The position numbers and the translations under genes were made by a program. This document shows positions 52,801 to 64,000 of a stretch of DNA of 64,000 bases, piece after piece (positions within the stretch are counted from its first letter, which is position 1; the number at the start of each line of letters is the position of its first letter). A model generated the notes under the pieces. The model was given only the letters and a program-made list of their open reading frames with translations. It did not search any database and was not told the DNA's origin. Source of the DNA: Chrysomallon squamiferum (Eukaryota > Animalia > Mollusca); contig CM022677.1 of the NCBI GenBank assembly GCA_012295275.1, forward strand, positions 13,268,001 to 13,332,000, in the 5' to 3' direction.

Positions 52801-54906
52801 GTAAAGTTATGACTTACACAAACCTAGCAAAACTTAATAGTTCAAAATAATCTTTTTAAAACAAATGTCAGCATCACTTTTATTATGGTATGTGGAATTT
52901 TTTTAAAAATTCCAGCAAGAATATAGAATTTTAATAATATCAAGGCATATAACTTCAAAATATAAGTTCAAGCACAGTTGTTTGCCTTGATTTGGATATA
53001 ACTTTTTATTAAGAAAGGATTAATTAAAATATAATTAGGAAATAAATACTCCTTTTTCATACTCATATTTTAGTTTTTACCATAAAGTAATTTTATAATA
53101 ATATATCAAAGAAAATGAAATCGTTTGATTAATTCCAAGTTATATCTTACTGGAAGTTGTTTTATGTTTATATAATTAGATAAATATAATCAAAGAAAAT
53201 ATATTTCAGGTTAGCTATTTTGAATATATATTTATTTATTTCTCCATAGATTTCATAGAAATGATACTTAAATTAATATTATTTTTCAGGCCATATAATA
53301 AATATGGTATTTACAATTTTGTGTTTTGTTATTTGTTTGTTTGTAAAGTTGAAATTTATTTTCATTGTAATTAAAATATAAATAATTTGTACAGTCCCAT
53401 TTCTGTATTCATCTGTTTTTCGTTTTAATCAGCTTGGTTATAATATTTACTGTTAAATGTTGCCTCTTCAGTTTGGTAGGTTATTAGAAAATGCTTTGTA
53501 TGTTGTTTTTTTTACTTATGTAATTCTACACCTGTGAATGAAAGTTTAAAATTACAAGCTTTAAGACAGAAGTTTTGATTTTCTATTACATTAAATTTGC
53601 ATGTTCTCTCTCTCTTTTTTTTTTATCTTTCAGGTTTTTTTAATCAAGTTTAATACTTTTAACAGTTCTGTTCTTCATTATGCAATGATTTTTATTTTAA
53701 TGTTGATTTAGTTCACTATAAATTTGTGAATTTTAATTTGTCTTTACTTTACTATTATCTCTTTTATCTTTGTTTCTTTTTTATTTAATTTAATTTTTAA
53801 TTTTATTTTTAATAATTTAATTTAAATTAATAACATCCATCAGCTACAGATGTGACTTTCATTCTATTGAAGAATCTAATTAGCAGAAGTAATTAGTGCA
53901 GATTTGTGATTTAACGCCTTTCATTAATTTTTATTTATAAATATGTTTTTGTTTTTTTCCTATGAGATGTAATTCTATCACAATTTTATGATCATATATT
54001 ATAGTAATAGCTGGGATGCCTGCCAAAACAGTCTGCTAGATCATTATAGAAGTTCAAGATGAAAGAGAAAATAAAAGAGAGAAATGTACTCAGTGAATAC
54101 AGATAAAACAAACTGTAAGCTGGAAACAATTTTGAGTTAGTTAATTGTGGCTAATTCAGCTTTACTTCCAGCTTTACTCTTTCTGGTTTGCAGGTAATTA
54201 TGAGGAAAAAACCTGAAGATGACAAATTCTTCTGGTACTGATACTAGACAGACAGCGGAAGTCAATAAAACATAGCACTGTTCTAAAGTAAGTGGTATCA
54301 ATAGGTTTTATAATAATAAATAATAGTAATGTGTGTAAGTACATATGTACATATGAATGCAGGGCTTGTAATGGCCAGTGGCCATTAATTGTAAGATTTG
54401 CTCAGGCAAAGTATTTAGTCTTTTTTAAAGTTATTTTTGCTGCTTCTTAAATGTTACCATCATATCCAGATAAATAAAGTCAGTATTAAAACATTGTTAA
54501 AGTATAATTCATTGATAATGTAAAATAATTTTCCATGACTGAGATATTTCTTCCCAAAGATTTTATTGTGAAATTAATCATATGCTTCTAGCCTGGAATA
54601 GGTAAACATTAGTTATTTAAATATTGTATGATTGTAAACATTTAGAATGATAAACTTGATGCTTATTTTTATTTATTTTTTTTTTTTTATTAATTTTTCT
54701 TTTTATATTTGTTTATTTAGATAAATAGGCTAAAAAAAGGGGGAATGTACAAAATCCCCCAAATTGCCTGATCGTGAACCAATAATAAGAAACAGTGACT
54801 AATACATGAAACAAGATAGTTATTTTAATATTTATCATACCACCAGCACAAACTTTGTATCCAGCATTTCAGAAGTTTTTCTTGACCAGCTTGGAAGACC
54901 TTTCAG
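48389..54906 (+). pseudogene. Chain of decayed short exons, product(s) unidentified
   Basis: AG/GT-bounded blocks at 48389-48541, 50437-50611, 51311-51430, 51786-51836, 52592-52652, ~54194-54287 and 54721-54906. Several contain stops. Confidence 0.4.
52381..52512. repeat. Two adjacent perfect palindromes (52 bp and 72 bp), each centred on (TA)6
   Basis: 52381-52432 and 52441-52512 were checked base by base. Confidence 0.95.
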
Positions 54907-55659
54907 GTAACTCAGATGCAAGAGAGATCAGTAGATTTTACACTTATGTGGTTTGCTTGAAATTTTAAACTTTTTTTAATTTATATTTTTGAAGGAAAAC
55001 AGGAAGGGATATTAATGTTTTTTGTTTCCTTTTTTTTTTCTTTATCAGCTAAAATAGCATTTTAGATATATTATTTAAAAATATATAATAGCAACATGAA
55101 TAGTAATAATAGCAGTAACAACAACCACCACCACAACAACAACAACGATAATAATAACTAAAATAAAACAAAAACCTGTCAAAACCAGTACTTCATTTCT
55201 TGATTCTTTTTTATAAAAATTCCACGATATTCCTGAAAAATGTACATTCCAAATGCAGAGACATCAAGTTGGTGGTAATTATGTTATAAATTGCCATTGT
55301 TAAGGAAGAACCAGGTGTAAATCCTTACAACTCTGTTTCCTACCAGCCAAAACTTTATATATGAGATGACACAGAGCTGATTAGTTTCTGTGTTCCTCTT
55401 GCAGTATCTCCATTATTTTGTTCAATTTTAAAAAAACATTTTATCAGCTTCCTCATTCAGGATTCAAATCTGTTGACTTTAATAAACATACTTATAGATA
55501 AAAGTTCAGTTCAGTTCAAGATAACACTTCAGCATTTTAAACACTGCAGTTTTGTTTTGTGTTAGAATAATATACATAAACTAGCTGATGAACTGAATGA
55601 TATTCACAGATAATGTTTATTTTTTATGACTGTATTCCACTGTCATTTAATGTTATACA

Positions 55660-57222
55660 TTTATTTTTTTCTTGTTATGTTTGTATTGCTTAACTTTAAC
55701 ATATTCTGATCTGATCAGTGCATTCTTCTTTAGTATTAGAAAATCTTTCATAAAGAAATATTTTCACTTATTTTTATGAATTTAGATATAAAAGACAATT
55801 TAGTTTTTTTAATGTTGACCAGAATGTAAAATGTGTAGTTATACTTTTTCATCGATCTGTATTTTTGTTTAAATTATTTGTTATTTATTAAAATATATTA
55901 CAATAAGAGACAGATGACCTTTATTTATAATAATTTCTTTCTAACATTACACAATTAGACACAATGGAAAAATAGTTATTATTTCTATTAAATTTTATTA
56001 TTGTATCTACAGGAAAGACATGATTCTGGAATCAGCTTCAGTTATAAAAATATGGAGAAGAATATAAAGGTTACTTCAAACAGTTGAGATATCTACTGAT
56101 ATAGACCAATATGGATTTTTCTTTCCAAAGCAGTTTCCAGACAGAGAAGTTGTTGACAATATACATCAGTGTTGATTGATTGTTCTCCAGTAGTTAACAG
56201 TGGATGATTCTTGGTTTTATCAGAAAGGCAGTAAAACAACTTCCTCTATAATGACTAAGGACACTGCAAAAGCTCTGTGTGGTTCTACATTACAGATTAG
56301 TGCAGAAGAAATGAAAAGATGTGGAGCAATGATATTTACAGATAGACAACAGGCAGGTTCCAGCTTAATAAAGAATATTAGCACTTAACCATAAGTGATT
56401 TAAAGGAATGGAAAGATGATTGACAGAGATATGAGACTGACTGTCTGATGGGCTGTTAACAGGTAAAGAGATAAACAGGAAGATATACAGAAAGAAAGAG
56501 GGAGATACTGATAGTTATATCACTAGAAGTTACAAATAAATTGTTAGATGTAGATGAATTTAGGCAGATAGGTGAACATGACAATGTCTATCTATTTATT
56601 CTGTGTTTTCTTCTTTCTGTTATGTGTGTTTGTGTGCCAGGCTGAGAGTGTAGAATACAGATGTATACATAAATCATACAGATTGTAATGCAGGCATAGT
56701 TAGTTATGTATGTAGGTAGTTTGACAGGGAATTAGATATATGATTAATGGATGGTTATTGATCTGTTGTAATGTGGATAGATAAACAAATAGGTATGTAG
56801 GTCATTAGTTCAGTAGGTTGATATGAAGATATGTGTAGATAATTATGTAGCAGACAGACAGATAGGTGTAGGCAAGTATGATGGTAATGTGGAAGACTGA
56901 ATGTATATACAGGTGTATGTATGCATAAGTTGGAGCAGGGAATAGTACATAGAAGGAAAAGTTGCTTGTCTTTTTTGACGAGTGAATTATATTGAGTATA
57001 TATATATATGTGTGTGCAAACAAACAGAAATATAGGGAGGTTTGAAGTTGGATATGTAGGTATGTAAACAAGAAGATGTTTAAATGACTGATAGATGTTA
57101 TTGATAATAAATTGTTAGGTAGGTTGATTATGTAGATAGAATAAGAAATTGTGTACATAGATAAACATTTGAGATACATATAGATAGGTGACACCTGCAA
57201 GTATATGCATAGAAAGTGCGCG

Positions 57223-57255
<33 letters not shown>

Positions 57256-58210
57256 TTCATAAGGATTGCTAACTATGGGAATTGGGAATGAGAGTTATAA
57301 ATGGACAGTAACACAGAAAGATAGATAAAAAAAAGTAGTTATTATAATTTAGGGAGATGAATAGGTGATTCATGGATGGTTATTGATGGATTGTAATATT
57401 GATGGTTAGAGGAATATATATATAGGGACGCATTTACTTAGAGTTCGATGGATGGATATACAGATAGTTAAAGAGACAGGCAGGTCAGTAGGTTCATATC
57501 TAGTTATAGAATGATAAATAGATAGATAGGTGTAAGCATGTATGATGGTAAAGCGGTTGGCGGTTGATTTGAGGATATGAACATAAACACACACAGACAG
57601 ACAGAGATACATAGATGATTGGATTTGTGTTAAGATTGAGTTAGTGATGAACTGATAGATTTATAGAAAGATATCCAGAGATAATATTAGATAGATTATA
57701 TAGATAGATGTTTAGAAAGATATGGAGGTTTGAAGTAGTCTGTAGTTATACAGATGGTTACTGAAAAATAGACATATAAGCTAGAGAGAGAAACTGATAG
57801 GAAGGTAGATAGGTAGGTATGTCACTAGTTCAATATATTGGTTTGTAGACAGACTGATAGACATATAGACATGCATTAAAGACAGACTGATTGACATGCA
57901 TTACTGATACGTGTATAGGAATGATAATGTATTTGTGTGTTTAGGAAGTGATCGGTATATGTCTATATTAAAGGATAAGTAATTACATATGTATGTGTAA
58001 AACAGTGTGGATATATGGTAAAATGTAAAATGGGCACAAGAAAGGTAGCTTGATAGACAGAAGAAAGGAGATAGTTTACTAGAAAGATAGATAGATGCAA
58101 GAAGGCACCATTGTAAGAAAGACTGAGTCTGTTGTTTGTCTTTTAGAGAGAGTGTTGCTTATGAAAATGGGATAAATAGAAAAATGAATAAATATATTGA
58201 TAAATAGATA
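55660..58210 (+). repeat. Module B' (inverted paralog of 38960-41940), including the decayed exon 56013-56390
   Basis: Colinear reverse-complement matches to module B. ORF 56200-56388 is part of the exon relic. Confidence 0.9.
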
Positions 58211-59068
58211 GATAGACAGATTGATAGATAGATAGGTAGATAGGTAGATAGACTGACAGACACATTTGAATATTTATCTTTGTTCCTTTCTATCAGTCTG
58301 TTTATCTGTCTACAAATAATCTTTCAGTCTAAGTTTTTATCTGTATCAAACTCTCTCTACCTCTGAGTCTCTCTGTCTCACTTGCCTCCGGCATGCATAA
58401 CAACTTTCAAAATCCATATGTATCTTTCTGTTTGTCTGTCCACTTATAACCCATTACAAAAGTACACTCTCACCATAAGCCATCCTCTCTCTCTCTATAT
58501 ATATATGTATGTATGTATGTATCAACTGAAACAGCTAGTGACCTACCTACATAACTACCTATCTTTTCTATGTTTGTTTTATATATCCATCAACTTAACA
58601 ATCCAGATTACAGTGAACATCTATCAATCATCTAACTATCTCCATGCTTACCTGTCTACACAACCTTCCTTCAAATCTCCTTCATTTTCTATTTATCAGG
58701 ATACATTTCTGTATATCTACGTATCAATTTATTCTATTTTTATTGTTTTTAATGTTCATTTTACATCATAAGATTTCACTGTTTATTGTGAATGATAGTG
58801 GATTTTTTAAATGAATATATAGATATATTCCATTGTTGAAAAGAAAAAATACAGACTGTTCAGGGTTAATTTTCACATTCATTATACATATTTTATAAAC
58901 TTACCGTTTTAATACATTTTCATTTTTAGTGCTGCTGGTAAAAATTCAAATTTAATATATTTCAGAACAGATTTTAAATAATAATAAATATTATTATTTT
59001 ATTACTGTCACTAACAAACTTACTCTTGTTTTTTTTTTTTTGTTTTTTTGGAAAAAGACAATAATAAT

Positions 59069-59122
<54 letters not shown>

Positions 59123-59779
59123 GTCCTAATTAGTGAAAATTTAGTATATAAACTTAAAATGATTTTTAATAATAATTTAATTTTTCTTTTTTCCATAAGA
59201 AAATAGAGTTTATTGTCCAAAAAATATTTTAAAAATATAATATTAATAAGAAAGAAAGAAAGAAAAAAGAAAACAGAAAAATAGTAATTAAAAAAGAAAT
59301 AATTTGTTTTTACTTTTAAATGTAACTTACTGCTTTAGTTAATTATAATAAGTTTTATTTTGTGCTGTGTTGATTGAAACAAAAATATGACAATAAATAA
59401 ATAAATAAATAAAAATGTAAAATTCATTCAATTCTTTCAGTGCTAAAGATAAAAAGAAAAAAGGAGCTAATTTATACTTCTGTTGTTTATGAAAATGAAA
59501 ATTGATATAATATTAGATTTATTAGTAACAAAGGAAAATTTATATTTTATCAAGTTTTTATCCACTATAATAAAAAAGTAATGAAGTTTATAGTTTTCTT
59601 ATGTCAGTGTTGCTATATTGTATTACCTGGACTTAAAAGGGAATTTCTCCACTATGTAAATATTTAGATTTCTTTGATGATGTTCCTTTTTTAATAACTT
59701 GTTACAGTTATGCTGTTCAATGAAAAGGTAATTTTAAAATGGTATTGTTCGTACTATTATTTATTTTTTTTGTGTTTTT

Positions 59780-60560
59780 TTGGTTACTTTCTTAGTGTGC
59801 ACATCCTAATTTAAAATATCTTATTCTTATGTCTGTCAACATTGCCATCGAATCTCTGTTCTTCTTAACATCTATGAGTACTTCTGATTATTCTTTTTTT
59901 GCCTTTTACTCACTATTATTCTTACTTTTTAACAGTGTGCATCACATATTAATATATTATTATTATTTCTGTTAATGTTACCTTCTTTGCTTTGTAACAG
60001 CATTGGCCCTAATGTTATACTTTTCATTATTCTAAAGCTCTTTTTATTAACTATTATTGTTAAATTATTCTTCGTGTGTGCATTCTGTTTCAAAATATAT
60101 TATTATTCTTTGTATTAATGCCACTATCATTTCCGTCATATCAGCATTCTGCTTGATGTTACAGGTGTACTTTTATTTGTTCTGTTGTGCCTTCTGCCTT
60201 CTGTGTGCACATCTTATATTAAAATATATTATTATTATTTCAAGTTGTGTCGCTTTGTTTGCTGTTGTAACAGCATTGTTTCTAATGTTATTCGTGTACT
60301 TCTCATTATTCTTTAGTGCTTCCTGTTAACTATTATTATTTTCTTAGAGTATGTTTCCTACATTAAAGTATATTATTACTGTTTCTATTAAGGCCACCAT
60401 CATTTCCATTGTACCAGTGATGTGTATTAATGCTGTTCCTAATATTATTTGTGTACTTCTCATTATTCTTTATCTCTTTTTATTAACTACTATTGTTACT
60501 TTGTTAGTCTGCACATCATGTTTCAAAGTATATTATACTTATTAACTTTGCCGTCATAAT
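59780..60560 (-). repeat. ~130-bp tandem satellite, copy 3 (inverted, CpG-decayed)
   Basis: TATTAATGCCACTATCATTTCCGTCATATCAGCATT (60113) aligns to the reverse complement of 31427-31463 (TATTAATGTCACAGTCGTTGCCGTCGTACCGGCATT). Confidence 0.7.
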
Positions 60561-60756
60561 AAAAATTGTAATTTTAAAAGACTGAATGTTTTTTTTTCTA
60601 CAATTAGTATAATATAGAAGGTTGGTGGAATGTGAAAATTCCTGAATTTATTCCTTACAGACTGAGTCTTTGATACTTTTCACAATGAGACACACAGTTT
60701 ATTAGTACCATCATTTTAATTTCACATTTTACTGTCAGGATTTGATATATTTGTTA

Positions 60757-60811
<55 letters not shown>

Positions 60812-60827
60812 TAAATCTTACTTTCAG

Positions 60828-62136
60828 GATTGATTTATGGTGTTCTGGAGATCAGTGATCAGAAAGTGCAGGAGGCCCTATTGAGGTTAACATGTAATAT
60901 CAATTTATTCAACAAGGTAATGTGAAGTTATAGTAGTTTAATTATCAAAATAAAATACAAATAAAATAAATAATTTCTTCATAAATAATTGTTTAAAATG
61001 AAATTATAATAGTAATTTTAATCATTATTTTGATCTCAGACTTTATACATTATTAAACAATGTTATATGATTAATTAATCATGCTAAACATCGTAAGTTT
61101 AAATCTTTGTAATAGTTTAAATTAATGATTCTGTATTTTATAATATCAGTGTCCATTGGACACTATATCAATAAAAAACATTTTGTTAAATTATGTTTTA
61201 TTTAGAAATCTGGAAATGCGCACATATCTCAATGTTTCAGTATATTTTGGTAAAAAAAATAAAAAAAAGTAAAGATAAAAATATTTTTTATTAACAGTTT
61301 AGAAATACTGATCTCTGTACTGTTGTCAGCTTGCCATCACATCATTTTACATCAAGAACAAAATAACTAATATTTACTATTGCAGAATTCTCAGTATCCA
61401 CACACACTTCAACATTTTACCATTAGTAAACAAATATAGCTATATATTAATGTTTTTATTTGTTTTCAAATAATATTTACTATTTTAGAATTCTCAATGC
61501 CCTCATATATTTCAACATGTCTAAAAGATTTCACAATGGTGTTGTTGTTGTGTGACGCTGGTGCCGATGTCAACACTCCTATCTGTGTCAGCAAACACTA
61601 CTGAGTAATGTAATTATAACAGTTTTACCATTTGAATTACTCTGAACATTTAAATAAAGACTATTTTATTACCAGTATCAGTAGTTTGAAATTTACTTAA
61701 ACCACTGTTGTTGTAAAATATTCTTAACAGAAGTGTCCCAATAGATTGTTCTGTATTATTTATTAAGTACATAGTATAAACAGTTAATAACACTATAGTA
61801 TTATACTTCATTATTAACATGTTAAGTTATTAAGTATAGAGATATAGCTAGTTCATAATACTATATTGTTATAATTTAATTTTTAAATAAAAGTAATAAT
61901 ATTAGTGACAAATGCTTTGTTGTAACTTTAGTAACATGTTTGTTTATAAGTAGTTATGTTAATAACAAAATTTAAGATGATAATCAATCACTTGCTCATG
62001 TGAATATATTTAAATAATTTTTGTTCACTGGTTTTACAGGGATCTTTGGTTTCTGGGGGTTTTCAGCGTGAATACTCCAGCTAAAATAATGTGGAAGATT
62101 CTAGAAAGCCACCCAGATTTCAGTTTCAAAGACCAG
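60828..62136 (+). pseudogene. Ankyrin-repeat gene fragment, three exons
   Basis: 60828-60916 LIYGVLEISDQKVQEALLRLTCNINLFNK; 61489-~61600 NALIY/STCLKDFTMVLLLCDAGADVNTP (frameshifted); 62040-62136 DLWFLGVFSVNTPAKIMWKILESHPDFSFKDQ. LL..GADVN is the ankyrin signature. Confidence 0.6.
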
Positions 62137-62169
62137 GTGAGCCTCTTGTTACTCAGTAGACTGTGACGA

Positions 62170-63560
62170 AAACAAAACTGTAAACTGTGAATTAATCTAA
62201 CTACTGTTTAATTTGATCATGAACTTGATTATCAAGTCTTTTAGGTTTGTGCTGTAAACTTAGGTTCTACAGCTATTTGGTTGAAACCAAGAACTAGGGT
62301 GGGCGTTTTTTCTTCAGTGGTAAAAGTAGAAGAGCCTCAGTCATTAAATGACATTTAGGTAAAATTTAGAAAGACAGGAAAAGGAGAAGAGGTTTGCATG
62401 GAGCAGATTACAGTTAGTACACAGAATTCAACAGATTGATATCTCAAACCTGTGATTATACTGATGAGCAGAAGAAAAAGTTAGAAAGAATACTTAACAA
62501 ATACTCTGATATTAAAGAGAATACTTAACTGATGTATTTGCTAAAGATGACCTTGATTTGAGTGTACTGACTCTGTAAAATAGAGTGCACATATTTCTTG
62601 TCTTCTTGTATAACAGTGTAGTTATGTAGGCATAGATAAACTAGAAGAGATATTTAACATTTTAAAACAGCATGGGTGTAAACTAAAACCAAGCAAACGC
62701 TGTTTCCTTAAGAAAGAAGTGAAATAGCTAGGATGTGATGTCTAGAGATGGGGTAGTTACAGATCCAGACAAAATAAAGGCTGTTCTTGAATGGGAAGTT
62801 CCAAAGACGCCAAAGGACCTGATGTCATTTTTGCAGTTTGCCAGTTACTTCAGATGATATGTTAAATGATTCTCAGTTACTGCTCGACCTTTGCATTCTT
62901 TGGTGAACAGGTTCTGAGATAAGAAAAATCAAGCATTGTTAAAGTACTTGGGATGAGAGTTGTCAAAAGAGATACTTTAAAAGAGAAGTTAACTTCAGCT
63001 CTAGTATCAGGAAACGCTGATTTAAGTGAACATTTCAAGTGTTCAGGGAGTGGGAGCAGTACTGTCATAAGAGCAGAATGGGCAAAGGGAATAAATTACA
63101 TATGTTAGACAGAGCTTGAGACCCACTGAGAGAAACATGAATAATAACAGTTCCATGAAATTAGAGCTTGGTCTGAAATGAGCTGTGACTGAAAAGATTA
63201 AAGATTATCTTCTCAAACATCAATTTACCATATATACAGACAATCCACAAAGTCGTCTTGATACCACAAAATTACATGCAGTGGAATAAACATGGGGATC
63301 TCAGCTGGCAGAATTTGATTTTGATGTGAAATATCGTTCAACACAATAAGAATGCGGATGGTCTATCCAGGAAGAAATTTCAGTGGAAGTTGCTTTGAGA
63401 GATACTGGTAGTGGGTCAGAAGTTCCACAACCAATAAGACAACTCAAACTGAAACTACCTCTGGGACAGCGTATTGTTATTAGACCTCATTAGACTGTAG
63501 CCATGGATTTCACAGTGCTGCAGCCATCTTCAAGTGGCAAAAAAAATGTCTTAAACATAA
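62170..63560 (+). mobile_element. Ty3/Gypsy LTR-retrotransposon pol remnant (RT C-terminus, RNase H, start of integrase)
   Basis: Fragments read DVFAKDDLDL; LKQHGCKLKPSKRCFLKKEVK; TDPDKIKAVLEWEVPKTPKDLMSFLQFASYFR; GVGAVLS; SSMKLEL; AVTEKIKDYLLKHQFTIYTDNP; QLAEFDFDVKYRS; NKNADGLSR; AMDFTVLQPSSSGKKNVL. Many stops and deletions; no LTRs seen. Confidence 0.9.
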
Positions 63561-64000
63561 CTTTATGTTTTCTAGTATTTATTTTGTTTGTCCACGATGT
63601 TGATCATGTCAGTTCACGTGACAGAATTCTCACATTGTCTCCATGTTGTCTGAGTAGAATGTTCTCTACAGATCAAAGGTTTGAAACTGCTGTTTTTTAT
63701 AGGTTTCAAAGATATAATTAAACTAATATTGCATAAGAAAGTAAAACACAAAAGTTATTATTAACAAAAATCTTATATACAATAACCCATGTTTTGGAAA
63801 TTAGCAAAAAAAAGATTTAAAAAAAAGATAAAAGCAAAGTGGACTCTTTATTAAAATCCAAAAAAAAGTATAATGATAAATAAAGTAAATTCCTTTTGTG
63901 TCCCTCCAAAATATTATTTTGTTTATTTATGGTGAACAATCTTGTTAATTATAATGTTTGCCACAAAACTGAAGAAACTTGCTGATTATGAACACTAAAA

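Overview
AT-rich, microsatellite-dense eukaryotic DNA with GT-AG introns, most likely from an invertebrate animal. There is no sign of prokaryotic genes, rRNA, tRNA or CRISPR. Most ORFs in the supplied track are low-complexity artefacts. Recognisable transposon relics are a mariner-type MITE (186-422), a Buster/Charlie hAT element (1623-2385), an intron-containing Sola-like DDE transposase (8191-10690) and a Gypsy pol remnant (62170-63560). The one near-intact gene, at 35434-36457, has five 38-aa basic repeats, a Topors/ICP0-type RING and a hydrophobic tail, with a TATA+Inr promoter at 33155. The rest is a patchwork of decayed exons of interaction or immune-type domains: C-type lectin, RI-like LRR, possible CARD and ankyrin. 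These exons sit among locally duplicated, inverted modules, so one promoter module and one downstream exon module are each reused with different partners. Other oddities include a 64-bp unit amplified about 12 times inside an LRR exon, a 1.5-kb tandem duplication of another LRR exon, perfect (TA)n-centred palindromes, and alternating CpG-retaining and CpG-depleted blocks. All domain calls come from manual translation and need HMM or BLAST confirmation.
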